A stretch of DNA of 62,999 bases from Pelobacter sp. UBA5610 (GTDB taxonomy: Bacteria; Desulfobacterota; Desulfuromonadia; Desulfuromonadales; Syntrophotaleaceae): assembly GCA_002424645.1 (NCBI GenBank), contig DIKU01000064.1:27495-90493 (forward strand), read 5' to 3'. The notes under the pieces were generated by a model that was given only the letters and a program-made list of their open reading frames with translations, did no database searches and was not told where the DNA came from. Positions 38,352-49,215 of this stretch are shown one piece after another (the stretch's first letter is position 1; the number at the start of each line of letters is the position of its first letter). A program made the translations under genes and the position numbers.

Positions 38352-39308
38352 CTAATCCTTGTGGTTTCTGGGTTTTCGAAAATCGATCCACAGATCGAAT
38401 ATTCCGACCCCGGTTGCAAGTATCCGCAGAGGAAAACTTACAACAACCAGAAAATAACCAAGCACCCTCAAAAACGGGGGCACCCCTTTCACGTTGAAAA
38501 AGTGGTTGAGTATTGCCAACCCCTGCAGAAAATAAATGGCGAGTACTACTACCAGAATATTCAATGCAAGCCTGTGCCATGCGCCATCAAGAAAAAGCAC
38601 GGCCGCACCACTGGCAATAAGAATCCAAACAAGATGTTCAGCCACTTTCCACGCATGAAAGAGACTTTGAGCAGGCAAAAAGTGTTCTGCCTTCCGTCTG
38701 AGAAAAACCACCAGTACCAGCAACATAAGCGCAATGGTCAGGATAGTCATGGCAGGATAGAGCTCTATGAGCCTGTTCCCTAAATCCTTAACGATCTCTT
38801 GGGTTTCCTGCGCCACTTCAGCCGGGAGTTTGGCATAATCAAGAGCCGAAAGAGCCTTATCTACCTCGGTACGCGCCCAATTATCTGCAAAAGCAAGAGA
38901 GGTTTGCCCCTGCCTCAGAGCATAAGCACTAAGAGCAAGGATTCCGCCACCGAGACTTAATCCGGTAGCGGACAAAACCGCAGCATCCCATCGCCACCCC
39001 CTCATAAGGAGGCAGGGCACCATAACCGAGCCTAAACCAAACTGAACCAGATAGGCGACGGCAAGCGCGGGACTGACAACTATACCCAGCAGAATCGAAG
39101 ACACCAGCAATGCGCAAAAAGCAAAGCCTACGCCCTGTCGGACAGCTAAATATGCATTGGGCCAGGGCACCAGAAACGCCAGGCCACTACCGACAAACAC
39201 AAGAGCGCTGCTTTGGCCTTGCGAAACAAGGCCGAGTACCAACAACTGCAGTCCAACAGTCGCAACCACCGTACCCGCGGCAGATAGAACCTTTTGCGCC
39301 ATACTCAA
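38352..39308 (-). CDS. YybS/DUF2232-family membrane protein
   Basis: Polytopic membrane protein, YFLQGL.I and G.FD.W.DFR motifs; sits between rpsR and rplI. Confidence 0.85.
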   Translation of the reverse strand: MSMAQKVLSAAGTVVATVGLQLLVLGLVSQGQSSALVFVGSGLAFLVPWPNAYLAVRQGVGFAFCALLVSSILLGIVVSPALAVAYLVQFGLGSVMVPCLLMRGWRWDAAVLSATGLSLGGGILALSAYALRQGQTSLAFADNWARTEVDKALSALDYAKLPAEVAQETQEIVKDLGNRLIELYPAMTILTIALMLLVLVVFLRRKAEHFLPAQSLFHAWKVAEHLVWILIASGAAVLFLDGAWHRLALNILVVVLAIYFLQGLAILNHFFNVKGVPPFLRVLGYFLVVVSFPLRILATGVGIFDLWIDFRKPRNHKD

Positions 39309-39325
39309 AGTAAGGTTCCTTGGTT

Positions 39326-39604
39326 CTAGTCGACGGAATGGCCAGCCATAAAGGGCAGCAGAGCGATATTTCTCGCGCGCTTGATTGCTTCACAAACTTT
39401 GCGCTGGTGTTCGGCGCAGTTGCCCGAAATACGGCGAGGTACGATTTTGCCGCGCTCGGACACGAAATAGCGCAGGTTCCGTAATTCTTTATAATCAATT
39501 TTCATGGTGCTGTCAGCACAGAAACGGCAACCTTTGCGCCGGGAAAAACGACGACGTACAGAAGGGCGTTTACCGGCAGTTCCGGCAGGTTTTTTATCAT
39601 ACAT
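39326..39604 (-). CDS. rpsR: 30S ribosomal protein S18 (Zn-binding C+ form)
   Basis: [40 protein letters not shown]. Confidence 0.97.
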   Translation of the reverse strand: MYDKKPAGTAGKRPSVRRRFSRRKGCRFCADSTMKIDYKELRNLRYFVSERGKIVPRRISGNCAEHQRKVCEAIKRARNIALLPFMAGHSVD

Positions 39605-39657
39605 GCTTTAGTTCCTCCTTATGTGCGGTGCGATATTGACATCGCAAAGATCCGATT

Positions 39658-40011
39658 TTACTCTTCTTCGTCGAGAATCTCGTCGTTTTCATCACCGGTC
39701 TTAGAAGATGTATCTTCAACAAAGCCTTTTTCCAGAAATACGGTCTGGAATTTAATAACAGCTTCGTCAAGACGCAGACGACGTTCAAATTCGTCAATAA
39801 TGCTCGGATCGGCTTCAAATACGGTCAGCACGTAGCTTCCCCGGCCTTGCTTTTTGACCGGATAGGCAAGCTTGCGCACGCCCCATTCGTCGACCTTCAG
39901 GAGGTTGGCATTGAGATCGGTAAGTACGCCCTTGAATTTTTCAACAACGGCGTTGTACTCATCCCCGACCTTGTCCGGATGGACGATCATGATGTTTTCG
40001 TAAGTACGCAT
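39658..40011 (-). CDS. rpsF: 30S ribosomal protein S6
   Basis: MRTYE..I.HP, WG.RKLAYP.KK, acidic tail; SD GAGGAG. Confidence 0.96.
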   Translation of the reverse strand: MRTYENIMIVHPDKVGDEYNAVVEKFKGVLTDLNANLLKVDEWGVRKLAYPVKKQGRGSYVLTVFEADPSIIDEFERRLRLDEAVIKFQTVFLEKGFVEDTSSKTGDENDEILDEEE

Positions 40012-40062
40012 GTAACTCTCCTCTCGAGTGTTTAACCCCGGCACAGTCCGGAGCAAGGAGTA
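40012..40062 (-). promoter_or_regulatory. Probable S6:S18 autoregulatory RNA leader
   Basis: Minus strand CTCCTTGCTCCGG-ACTGTG-CCGGGG-TTAAACACTCGAGAGGAG: the 5' CTCCT can pair with the SD AGGAG around an inner hairpin. Confidence 0.6.
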
Positions 40063-40173
40063 GGCACCTAGGTGCCCGCCTAAAAACAGAACTTAGCTTA
40101 ATACCACATAGACCAACGCAATTCAACGCTTTTCGGACCAAACCACCAGAAAAGGCTGATCGCAGCCTTACCC

Positions 40174-41268
40174 TTAAACATTAAACCTGAAATGCATGAC
40201 ATCACCGTCCTGCACTATATAATCTTTCCCCTCAAGCCTCAACAGGCCCTTTTCCTTAGCGCCGGCTTCACCACGGCAATTAACGAAGTCGTTATAGGCA
40301 ATAACTTCTGCCCGGATGAATCCTTTTTCAAAATCACTGTGAATGACGCCGGCCGCCTGGGGCGCACGATCGCCGCGATGGATGGTCCAGGCACGCACCT
40401 CCTGAACGCCGGCGGTAAAGTAGGTGATCAATCCGAGGAGTTCATAACCTGCGCGAATCATTTGGTCCAGTCCGGAACTATCCAGGCCGAGTTCGTCGAG
40501 AAACTCCTGCTTTTCATCACCGTCAAGTTCGGCAATTTCCGCCTCAATCTTGCCGCAAATGGCCACGGCCACAGCACCCTCCTGGGCGGCGAACTCCTGT
40601 ACGCGAGCCACGTGGGGGTGCTCACCAAGAAGATCATCTTCGGCCACATTGGCGACATACAGAACCGGTTTGGCGGTGATCAGATGAAGATCGTGAATCA
40701 AGCGTAATTCTTCATCATTAAGCCCTGCCGAACGGGCGGGCTTACCGGAATCAAGGGTATCACGAACCCTCAAAAGAATTTCGTGCTGTGCCTTGGAATC
40801 CTTGTCACCGCTCTTGGCCTGCTTTTGTAACCGTACCAAGCGCTTTTCAACCGTATCGAGGTCAGCCAGATTGAGTTCAGTCTGAATGATTTCAATGTCC
40901 CGCAACGGGTCAACAGAACCATCCACATGGACAACATTGTCATCATCAAAACAACGAACAATATTTGCGATGGCATCCACCTGCCGAATATGTCCGAGAA
41001 ACTGGTTACCGAGGCCCTCTCCGCGACTGGCTCCCCGCACCAACCCGGCAATATCGACAAACTCGATAGTCGTCGGAAGAATACGCTTGGGTTGCACGAT
41101 TTCTGCCAACGCATCAAGACGCGGGTCAGGCACTGTCACCACACCGACATTTGGTTCGATGGTACAAAACGGATAGTTTGCCGACTCAGCACCAGCCGAG
41201 GTAATGGCGTTAAAAATGGTCGATTTCCCGACGTTGGGCAACCCAACAATGCCGCATTTGAATCCCAT
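40174..41268 (-). CDS. ychF: Redox-regulated ATPase (Obg family)
   Basis: [40 protein letters not shown]-terminal TGS ending FRFNV. Confidence 0.98.
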   Translation of the reverse strand: MGFKCGIVGLPNVGKSTIFNAITSAGAESANYPFCTIEPNVGVVTVPDPRLDALAEIVQPKRILPTTIEFVDIAGLVRGASRGEGLGNQFLGHIRQVDAIANIVRCFDDDNVVHVDGSVDPLRDIEIIQTELNLADLDTVEKRLVRLQKQAKSGDKDSKAQHEILLRVRDTLDSGKPARSAGLNDEELRLIHDLHLITAKPVLYVANVAEDDLLGEHPHVARVQEFAAQEGAVAVAICGKIEAEIAELDGDEKQEFLDELGLDSSGLDQMIRAGYELLGLITYFTAGVQEVRAWTIHRGDRAPQAAGVIHSDFEKGFIRAEVIAYNDFVNCRGEAGAKEKGLLRLEGKDYIVQDGDVMHFRFNV

Positions 41269-41290
41269 GTAGATATCCTGCTCAAATAGC

Positions 41291-41317
41291 GATAGCCGGG
41301 AGATGATCCCGGCTATC
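41291..41317. other. Perfect 11-bp hairpin between hppA and ychF
   Basis: GATAGCCGGGA / TCCCGGCTATC with no clear U-tract; may be an mRNA stabiliser or a weak terminator. Confidence 0.5.
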
Positions 41318-41350
41318 AGATTTGTCGTTATTTAACCTTCGAGAGACAGA

Positions 41351-43384
41351 TTAAGCCCAGAAACGTACCAGCACCGGAGCAATAACCAGAGAAACAACGC
41401 TCATCAGCTTGATAAGAATGTTCATGGCCGGCCCCGAAGTATCCTTGAACGGATCGCCAACGGTATCGCCGACAACGGCAGCTTTATGTGCATCGCCGCC
41501 CTTGACCTCACCATCAAGCTCGCCCTTTTCGATAAGCTTTTTGGCATTGTCCCAAGCGCCCCCGCCATTAGACATCATCAAGGCCAGCAACACACCGGCC
41601 AGCGTGGAGCCGGCAAGCATCCCGCCAAGGGCTTCAACACCGATAACAAAACCAACCAGAACCGGTGCAATAACAGCCACCATGCCGGGCAACACCATTT
41701 CGCGCAGTGCGGCACGGGCAGAGATATCTATACATTTTTCAGGTTCGGGCTTAACTCCGGGCTTACCTTCGAGCAAGCCGGGGATTTCACGGAATTGACG
41801 ACGGATCTCATCCACCATCTTACCGGCAGCACGACCAACGCTGGTCATGGTCATAGCGCCGATGAAGAAAGGCAGCATACCACCAATAAACAGGCCGATA
41901 ACCGTGGAGGGGTTGATAAGATTGATGCTGTCAAGACCAACAGTCGTGGCATAAGCGGAGAAAAGCGCCAAAGCCGTAAGGGCAGCGGAACCGATAGCAA
42001 AACCCTTACCGATGGCGGCAGTGGTGTTGCCGATGGAGTCAAGACCGTCGGTGATTTTACGAACATCGGGACCAAGTCCGCACATTTCCGAAATACCGCC
42101 GGCATTATCGGCGATGGGACCGTAAGCATCAACGGTCATGGTAACACCAACAGTAGCAAGCATGCCAACGGCAGCGATACCAATGCCGTAAAGACCTGCA
42201 TAGTAATTGGCAACAAAGATCGACACGCAGATGATCAGAACCGGCAGCGCACAACTTTCAAGACCGACGGCAAGACCGTGGATGATGTTGGTGGCAGGAC
42301 CGGTTTTGCTAGCCTCGGCGATACGCATAACCGGAGTATGGGCAGTGTAGTATTCGGTAATCTGACCGATGGCGATACCGGCAAGGGTACCGGCCAGAAT
42401 CGCCCAGAAAACACCGGCGGTGAGACCGAAGGCCATGATGAGGAAATAAGCAGCGATCAGGAAACCACCTGCAGCGACGAAGGTTGTATAGTGCAGCGCC
42501 TTGGCGGGATCGATACCTTTGAGGAACTTCATGGAGCCGATACCGACCAGAGAGAAGATCAGGCCGATAGTGGCCATTGCCAGCGGCAACAGCATAGCAT
42601 TAGCCTGAACAGAAACCCCACCACCGAGTTTTTCCAGCAATGCGGGGCTGGCAGCGGCGGCAATAGCGATGGTAGCGATAATGGAGCCGACATACGATTC
42701 GAAGATGTCAGCACCCATACCTGCCGTATCACCAACGCAGTCGCCTACGTTATCGGCAATAACACCAGGATTACGGGGGTCGTCTTCAGGAATGCCAGCT
42801 TCTACCTTACCAACCAGGTCAGCACCAACGTCAGCAGCTTTAGTATAAATACCCCCACCAACGCGTGCAAACAGAGCGATGGAGGAAGCACCCATGGCAA
42901 AACCGGTCATGTATTGTGCGGATTCAGGGGTACCGAAAAGAAGGTAGGCAATGCCAACCCCGACCAGGCCGAGGGAAGCAACGGCAAGACCCATTACAGC
43001 GCCGCCATTAAATGAGACAACCAGAGCCTTGGCCTGCCCGAACTGCCGAGCCGCCTCGGTGGTACGCACGTTGGCACGGGTAGCGGCCTTCATGCCGATG
43101 AAACCGCAAATCATAGAACAAAGCGCGCCGCCTACAAAAGCGAGAGCGGTTTGCATATTCATTCCCATGAAAATCAGGAAGAACACCAGTACGATAAAGA
43201 CGGACAGCACGCGGTATTCACGACCAAGAAAAGCCATGGCACCGGAATGAATGGCGTCAGAAATCTCTTTCATACGCTCGTTTCCAACAGGCTGTGCCTT
43301 GATCATTTGGTAGATCACAATGGCGATCACAAATCCAACCGCACCAAGGATCGGTGCAAGTTTAGCAATCATTTGCAGTTCCAT
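41351..43384 (-). CDS. hppA: Membrane-integral pyrophosphatase, K+-dependent, probably Na+-translocating
   Basis: [46 protein letters not shown] (Ala = K+-dependent type), [14 protein letters not shown]. Confidence 0.96.
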   Translation of the reverse strand: MELQMIAKLAPILGAVGFVIAIVIYQMIKAQPVGNERMKEISDAIHSGAMAFLGREYRVLSVFIVLVFFLIFMGMNMQTALAFVGGALCSMICGFIGMKAATRANVRTTEAARQFGQAKALVVSFNGGAVMGLAVASLGLVGVGIAYLLFGTPESAQYMTGFAMGASSIALFARVGGGIYTKAADVGADLVGKVEAGIPEDDPRNPGVIADNVGDCVGDTAGMGADIFESYVGSIIATIAIAAAASPALLEKLGGGVSVQANAMLLPLAMATIGLIFSLVGIGSMKFLKGIDPAKALHYTTFVAAGGFLIAAYFLIMAFGLTAGVFWAILAGTLAGIAIGQITEYYTAHTPVMRIAEASKTGPATNIIHGLAVGLESCALPVLIICVSIFVANYYAGLYGIGIAAVGMLATVGVTMTVDAYGPIADNAGGISEMCGLGPDVRKITDGLDSIGNTTAAIGKGFAIGSAALTALALFSAYATTVGLDSINLINPSTVIGLFIGGMLPFFIGAMTMTSVGRAAGKMVDEIRRQFREIPGLLEGKPGVKPEPEKCIDISARAALREMVLPGMVAVIAPVLVGFVIGVEALGGMLAGSTLAGVLLALMMSNGGGAWDNAKKLIEKGELDGEVKGGDAHKAAVVGDTVGDPFKDTSGPAMNILIKLMSVVSLVIAPVLVRFWA

Positions 43385-43404
43385 TTTAAACCCTTCCCTC
43401 TCTG

Positions 43405-43980
43405 TTAATTTAAAAATACCCGGTTATTGAATTCATTCATGGCTTGCTGCGCACCTTTTTGCAACAACACCTCCAAGGCCATAACTGAATTTTCAAGCAC
43501 GCTTTCGAGCTGGGATTTCTCCGTGGTGGAAAATGAACTCAAGACGTATTTGGCTACATCCATCTGTCCGATTGGCCGCCCCACACCAACTCTCAATCTT
43601 GTAAAGTCGCGAGACCCGAGCAGATCCGCAATACTTCGCAAACCGTTATGTCCTCCGTGCCCGCCACCTACCTTTATGCGCACGGAACCAAACGGCAAAT
43701 CGATCTCATCGTGTATAACAACCAGATCCTCAACAGCGATGTTCTTTGCCTTGCAAGCAGAGACCACCGAAATACCACTGCGGTTCATGTAGGTCTGGGG
43801 CAGAAGAACCATAATCTCCTGCCCACCAGCACAACCAGCACCCAATATAGCCTGATGGGCCTGTCGTTTTAGCGACAAACCCATCTTCTCCGCAAATTTC
43901 TGGGCAACCAGAAAACCTATATTATGCCGCGTCGCGGCGTATTCAGGTCCCGGGTTGCCCAAGCCGACAAGCAACTTCAA
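43405..43980 (-). CDS. pth: Peptidyl-tRNA hydrolase
   Basis: GLGNPG..Y..TRHNIG, PQTYMN.SG, HDEID, GGHNG. Confidence 0.97.
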   Translation of the reverse strand: MKLLVGLGNPGPEYAATRHNIGFLVAQKFAEKMGLSLKRQAHQAILGAGCAGGQEIMVLLPQTYMNRSGISVVSACKAKNIAVEDLVVIHDEIDLPFGSVRIKVGGGHGGHNGLRSIADLLGSRDFTRLRVGVGRPIGQMDVAKYVLSSFSTTEKSQLESVLENSVMALEVLLQKGAQQAMNEFNNRVFLN

Positions 43981-43998
43981 AAGATTTCCTCGTCTGCG

Positions 43999-44610
43999 TT
44001 ATTCGCCAGCTTCGATCTCAGCAGCTTCTCCGGCGCCTTCTTCAACTTCGGCAGCGCGACCGCCAACGGTAAATACGGTGTAATTTACATCGGCCGGCAA
44101 TTCAACCCCTGCGGGAAGTTTAATATCCTGAACGTGCAGCACATCACCGATAGCCAGTGCCGTAACGTCTACTTCGAGAACCGAAGGGATATTGGTCGGA
44201 AGACATACCAGCTCCACTTCGTGACGAATAACCTGAAGGTTGCCACCTTCTTTTTCGCCAGCAGATTTGCCTACCGCAACAACAGGAACCATAACATGAG
44301 CTTTTTGCTTCAGGTCAATGGCCTGAAAATCAACATGCAGTACGTTCTGACGAACAGGGTCCAACTGCATATCCTTAAGGATAACCACCTGACCGTCAAA
44401 AGAACCTTCGCCCTTGAGAGTAATCAGGGTATTCCAGCCTGCTTCGCTAGCAATAATAGCCGAAAGCTTTTTAGGTTCAACAGTCAAAGAGCAACTCTCT
44501 ACACCTTTGCCGTACATGACGGCGGGAATCAACCCCTCGCGACGCAGTGTGCGAGCAGTCCCTTTTCCAAGCCCTTCACGCTGGCTGACATTCAATTCCG
44601 TCTGTGCCAT
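43999..44610 (-). CDS. rplY: 50S ribosomal protein L25 / Ctc
   Basis: GKG.AR.LRR.G.IPAV.YG, HVDF, long Ctc-type C-terminal domain. Confidence 0.95.
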   Translation of the reverse strand: MAQTELNVSQREGLGKGTARTLRREGLIPAVMYGKGVESCSLTVEPKKLSAIIASEAGWNTLITLKGEGSFDGQVVILKDMQLDPVRQNVLHVDFQAIDLKQKAHVMVPVVAVGKSAGEKEGGNLQVIRHEVELVCLPTNIPSVLEVDVTALAIGDVLHVQDIKLPAGVELPADVNYTVFTVGGRAAEVEEGAGEAAEIEAGE

Positions 44611-44664
44611 GTATCCGTTCCTCCAATCCTCACGTTATTTCGGTTCGTGTTGAACACTGTCTAT

Positions 44665-45603
44665 TTATACAAAAAGAGAACTTACTGATTCACTGCCATT
44701 GATTCGCCGAATGGCTTCAGCCAAAAGTTCGGCAACCGACAATTGCCGCAACCGACTGCACGCCTTGACTTTTTCCATCACGGGAATGGTGTTGGTAACA
44801 ACGACTTCCTTCAAACAACTATTGTCAATGCGCTCCAACGCAGGTCCGGAAAGAACCGCATGGGTTGCAAAAGCGTAGATATCCCCAGCCCCTTTGTCTT
44901 TCAGGGCTTGCGCTGCCTGACAGAGAGTGCCCGCCGTATCGATCATATCATCAACGATTATGCAATCCTTGCCTTCGACATCACCAATGATATTCATTAC
45001 CTGTGAAACGTTTGGACCACTGCGTCGCTTATCAATGATGGCAAGACTGGCATCGAGGCGCTTGGCAAAGGCTCTTGCCCGCTCCGTACCCCCTGCATCC
45101 GGAGAAACCACAACCGGTGAGTCTTCAAAACGATCGGCAATATCCCGCAGAATGACCGGAGCAGCATAGAGATGATCCACGGGAATATTAAAAAACCCTT
45201 GAATCTGCCCTGCATGCAGGTCCATGGTCAGGACCCGGTCAAAACCCGAGGTCGAAATAAGATCCGCGACCAACTTGCTGGTAATCGGCGTACGGGGCGC
45301 TACCTTGCGATCCTGACGGGCATAGCCGAAGTAGGGAATGACGGCAGTTATACGCGCAGCAGATGCCCGCTTAAGAGCATCGGCCATAATTAACAATTCC
45401 ATGAGGTTGTCGTTAGCCGGCGCACACGTGGATTGAATGACATAAACGTCACGGCCACGTACGTTCTCCCCGATCTCAACCATGATTTCGCCGTCGGAAA
45501 AAGCTCGAACCTTGGCTGCCCCGAGAGGAACAGCAAGATGTCCGCAAATCTCACGAGCAAGAGGGGTATTCGAATTACCGGAAAAAATTTTCAGGTTGTT
45601 CAC
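44665..45603 (-). CDS. prs: Ribose-phosphate pyrophosphokinase
   Basis: [44 protein letters not shown]. Confidence 0.98.
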   Translation of the reverse strand: MNNLKIFSGNSNTPLAREICGHLAVPLGAAKVRAFSDGEIMVEIGENVRGRDVYVIQSTCAPANDNLMELLIMADALKRASAARITAVIPYFGYARQDRKVAPRTPITSKLVADLISTSGFDRVLTMDLHAGQIQGFFNIPVDHLYAAPVILRDIADRFEDSPVVVSPDAGGTERARAFAKRLDASLAIIDKRRSGPNVSQVMNIIGDVEGKDCIIVDDMIDTAGTLCQAAQALKDKGAGDIYAFATHAVLSGPALERIDNSCLKEVVVTNTIPVMEKVKACSRLRQLSVAELLAEAIRRINGSESVSSLFV

Positions 45604-45743
45604 GACAGATCCTCAGATGGTAAGTAAGAAAAAACTGCAGGCCATGGAGACCATGACCTGTTATGCACCGGGACCAACAAGTGTCCGGCTGCCGATTCGC
45701 GTCTACGAGCAAAGTTCCATACACAAACGCGACTATTTAAATA

Positions 45744-45818
45744 TGGCTGGGGCGCCAGGATTCGAACCTGGGAATGCCGGAATCAAAATCCGGTGCCTTA
45801 CCGCTTGGCGACGCCCCA
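45744..45818 (-). tRNA. tRNA-Gln (UUG), CCA encoded
   Basis: TGGGGCGTCGCCAAGCGGTAAGGCACCGGATTTTGATTCCGGCATTCCCAGGTTCGAATCCTGGCGCCCCAGCCA; cloverleaf, anticodon TTG, usual ispE-prs position. Confidence 0.97.
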
Positions 45819-45858
45819 ACAATCTACCATTCCTACAGTAACTCTGAATCTAACAACC

Positions 45859-46695
45859 TTAAACCGGCTCGACCGCGAAAGCCCGCCACCCATCGTGACA
45901 AGACATCTTTTCGGCAGCAGCCCGTGCGGTACATTCGTCACTAAACACACCGAACACCGTTGAACCGCTACCACTCATCAAAGCGCCTTTGGCACCGAGT
46001 CGTATCAGTTGCTGTTTAACGTCCTCGATCAGAGGAAAACGCTCAACAGTTACAGTTTCAAGGTCGTTATGCAGAAGATTAACTACTTCTTCTACCTCTC
46101 CGGAAAACCGAGGTATTCTAAGATTATCCCTCGCAGATGTCAACCGCAAATTTTTATAAACCCACGCTGTCGATACTTCAAGTCCCGGATTAACGAGTAC
46201 GTACCAGACCGGAGGCAATCCGTGAACTTCCTCAAGCCTATCACCGATACCGGTTGCCCAGGCGGCATGCTTAAAAATAAAAAAAGGCACGTCCGCTCCG
46301 AGCTTCACTCCCGTTTCCATGAGTTGTTCGGGAGAAAATCCAAGGCTCAGCATATCGTTAAGGCCCATCAAGACGGTGGCAGCATCGGATGAACCACCGC
46401 CCAACCCGGCGGCGACCGGGATATTCTTTTCAATAACTATTTCCAGACCCTGGCGAACACCCGCCCGGTCAAGAAGGGCTTGGGCCGCGCGCGCTGCAAT
46501 ATTTTGCTGCCCTGCAGGTAGAGTTACCCCACCGCACTGCACCGTGATGTCCGCGCCGCCGGTCAAGGCAATGCTTATCTTGTCATACAGCGATACACGT
46601 TGCATGAGCATGGCCAGATCGTGATACCCGTCGGAACGGCGATTAAGCACATGCAAACAAATATTGATTTTTGCTGGCGCCAGAAAGGTACCCAT
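45859..46695 (-). CDS. ispE: 4-diphosphocytidyl-2-C-methyl-D-erythritol kinase
   Basis: [39 protein letters not shown]. Confidence 0.97.
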   Translation of the reverse strand: MGTFLAPAKINICLHVLNRRSDGYHDLAMLMQRVSLYDKISIALTGGADITVQCGGVTLPAGQQNIAARAAQALLDRAGVRQGLEIVIEKNIPVAAGLGGGSSDAATVLMGLNDMLSLGFSPEQLMETGVKLGADVPFFIFKHAAWATGIGDRLEEVHGLPPVWYVLVNPGLEVSTAWVYKNLRLTSARDNLRIPRFSGEVEEVVNLLHNDLETVTVERFPLIEDVKQQLIRLGAKGALMSGSGSTVFGVFSDECTARAAAEKMSCHDGWRAFAVEPV

Positions 46696-46829
46696 AAAAT
46701 TGCCTTTTCATCAAAAAACATTCGCAAGCGATGTCCTGCGATATACCGCATGTCATTCAGGGCGCCTATCTATTAATAAATTCGATCCCTCATGTCAAGC
46801 CTTATCCATCTTTTTATATGCATTGCCTG

Positions 46830-48236
46830 TCAAATACGCACAAAATAATCCTCCCAGGCTGCTGCAATACTCTCTCGCGTCATAACTGGCGGATAGCCAT
46901 GATATGATGCGTCCGCCAGGATATGCTCGACCATATCCTGAGGATGACAGGCACTATAGGGGATATCCAGACGGCGATAAAACTCGTCCATCAGAAAGGT
47001 GAATACCGTCTTGTCGAAAGCGATGCCATTGAGCTGGCAAACTTGTCTGAAAATATTTTCAAATTGCTCCCCGGTAGGATAATCAACCTTGAATTTGTAA
47101 TGAATGCGCCGCAAAAACGCTTCATCGACCAACTCATGCGGCTCAATATTGGTGGAAAAAATCACCAGATTATCAAAGGGTATTTCAAATTTCATTCCGG
47201 TATGCAACGTCAAAAAGTCGATACGCCGGTCGAGTGGCACCATCCAGCGATTAAGCAATAATTGCGGATCGACATGCTGACGGCCAAAATCGTCGATGAT
47301 GAAAACACCATTATTGGCCTTCACCTGCAACGGTGCCTCATAATATTTGGTAATAGGATTGAAATCCAGATCGAGAGTACGCAGCGTCAATTCGCCACCG
47401 GCAATCACCACCGGCCTGCGCACCAGCATCCAGCGCTCGTCATAAGCTCCACTCCCGCTCTCCACATCCAGAGCATGATGATTCACGGGATCATAGACAT
47501 TGATGATCTCCCCCCTGACCAGCAATGCGTAAGGCATGTAGATGCCTCCTGGCAATAATTCTGCGATAGTTTCGGCGATCGATGTTTTGCCATTTCCCGG
47601 GGGACCATAGAGAAATATTTCTTTTCCGGAACTCAACGCCGGACCAAGGCGATGCAGCAGACGATCACTTACCACGAGGTGGGAGAAAACCTGATGCACG
47701 CGTTCCTGGGTTATAAGCAGACTGCGCACCGTTTGAAGATCCACCATATCCCGGTAATCGTCAAGACTTACCGGTGCCGGACCGACATAACGCGACACGT
47801 CCAGCAAAGCCGATGCCCTGCGGATGCCAGGCTCGGTAATAGAGTATTGGTAACTGCTTTTGGAATACAGAGAGGCGCCCTTGACCTTGACGAAATGTTC
47901 CCGTCTCAATTCTTCCACAGCCTGATCCAGGATATTCGCGGGGAGCTTTACCCGATCAATAAGTTCCGCCAAGGTAAAATCGCCAAGAAACAACGTGTGC
48001 TTCAATACCAGATCGGCAATAAAGAATAAATCGAGGCCCGTGTCCTCAACCGTTTGAGGGCACTCGGGTGGCTTGCGAAATGAGGCCTGCAACTTTTTTT
48101 CATCGAGAAAACCCAGTGCACACAGGTTTTGTCCGAGTCGCCCGCCGCGCAGTCTTTGTCGCTGTAACGCAGCATCGAGTTGTTGCTGTGAAATCACCCC
48201 TTCATCCACAAGCCGTTCTCCCAAAGGTTTTTTCAT
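46830..48236 (-). CDS. AAA+ ATPase with an N-terminal MshEN-like domain and a wHTH-like segment
   Basis: PLGERLVDEGVISQQQLDAALQRQ-RLRGG-RLGQNL..LG; Walker A GPPGNGKT; Walker B VFIIDD; DEAFLRR; SD AGGAGG. Confidence 0.8.
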   Translation of the reverse strand: MKKPLGERLVDEGVISQQQLDAALQRQRLRGGRLGQNLCALGFLDEKKLQASFRKPPECPQTVEDTGLDLFFIADLVLKHTLFLGDFTLAELIDRVKLPANILDQAVEELRREHFVKVKGASLYSKSSYQYSITEPGIRRASALLDVSRYVGPAPVSLDDYRDMVDLQTVRSLLITQERVHQVFSHLVVSDRLLHRLGPALSSGKEIFLYGPPGNGKTSIAETIAELLPGGIYMPYALLVRGEIINVYDPVNHHALDVESGSGAYDERWMLVRRPVVIAGGELTLRTLDLDFNPITKYYEAPLQVKANNGVFIIDDFGRQHVDPQLLLNRWMVPLDRRIDFLTLHTGMKFEIPFDNLVIFSTNIEPHELVDEAFLRRIHYKFKVDYPTGEQFENIFRQVCQLNGIAFDKTVFTFLMDEFYRRLDIPYSACHPQDMVEHILADASYHGYPPVMTRESIAAAWEDYFVRI

Positions 48237-48408
48237 AACAGAAGCCCCTCCTGGTTGTTAAAGAGTCGCAAGCATGCCCGCAGAACCTGCATCTCAAACA
48301 AAACTGTTACCTGGAAGTTTACGGTAAAAATACGATCAGACCACCCCCGGATCGTTAATTAGGAGATTTTTTAGGCAAACAGGTGGAGGGGCTGAGAGGA
48401 AGGAAACA

Positions 48409-49215
48409 TCAATTATTCTGAAAAAAGTCGTCCCGGAGTTGATGAAATGCCGTGAAACAAACCTTGCGACACTGGTGAATGGCCAAAAAAGCGGTTAAAG
48501 CCACACCTGCGACGATAGCGCACATGATGGCGATCTGGTACTTGACCGCGATCATCGGATCCGTTCCGGAAAGGATCTGCCCGGTCATCATGCCGGGCAA
48601 TGTAACCAACCCGGCAGCCGCCATGCTGTTGGTCGTCGGGATGAGAGCGGCACGGAAGGCCTGCTGTAACGCTGGCGTGGAAGCCGTTGCGGAACTGGCG
48701 CCGAGACACAATGCGGTTTCGATTTCATCGCGTCGTTCCCGCACCTCGGACAGATAACGCTCTACGGCCAGACTGGCGCCGTTCATGGAATTGCCAAGAA
48801 TCATACTGGCCAGGGGAATGAGATACCTGGGACTGTACCAGGGAGAAGCACCTATGACTAAAAGGCAAAAGTAAACGGTCACGCCGCCGCAGCCAAACAG
48901 CAGGGATATCCCGGCGATCCGATAAAAGCCAGGCACCTTTGATGTGACCCGCCCCCCCATGACCTGCAGGGCAAAAGCCCCCATGAGCAACAAAATAAGC
49001 ATGGTCGGCAAAGGACTCCGAACGGCGAAAATCAGCCGCAGCAAAAAACCAACCGCAGTGAGTTGTACGATCATCCGCAGCGAAGCCCAGAAAAGGTCCT
49101 TTTCACGCCCGGCTCCACCGAGTCGCGCCAACCCGACGACCAACAATATCATGCCGTAACTAAAAGCAAGATTGGCTGCTCCCGGATCAACAATCACCGT
49201 CTGGTTCACAGACAT
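48409..49215 (-). CDS. ABC permease, UPF0014/FetB (YbbM)-like
   Basis: R..VQL..VG, Y.IP...M.LGNSM, E..L.LGA, GLV.LPGMMTGQILSG..P..AVKYQ. Confidence 0.88.
   Translation of the reverse strand: MSVNQTVIVDPGAANLAFSYGMILLVVGLARLGGAGREKDLFWASLRMIVQLTAVGFLLRLIFAVRSPLPTMLILLLMGAFALQVMGGRVTSKVPGFYRIAGISLLFGCGGVTVYFCLLVIGASPWYSPRYLIPLASMILGNSMNGASLAVERYLSEVRERRDEIETALCLGASSATASTPALQQAFRAALIPTTNSMAAAGLVTLPGMMTGQILSGTDPMIAVKYQIAIMCAIVAGVALTAFLAIHQCRKVCFTAFHQLRDDFFQNN

Noticed and set aside
41486-43015. 509-aa plus-strand ORF
   Set aside because: Antisense shadow of hppA; no recognisable motifs; explained by codon bias on the coding strand
45744-45818. tRNA-Gln as a possible integration site
   Set aside because: No duplicated tRNA 3' end or integrase nearby; the flanks are the usual ispE and prs
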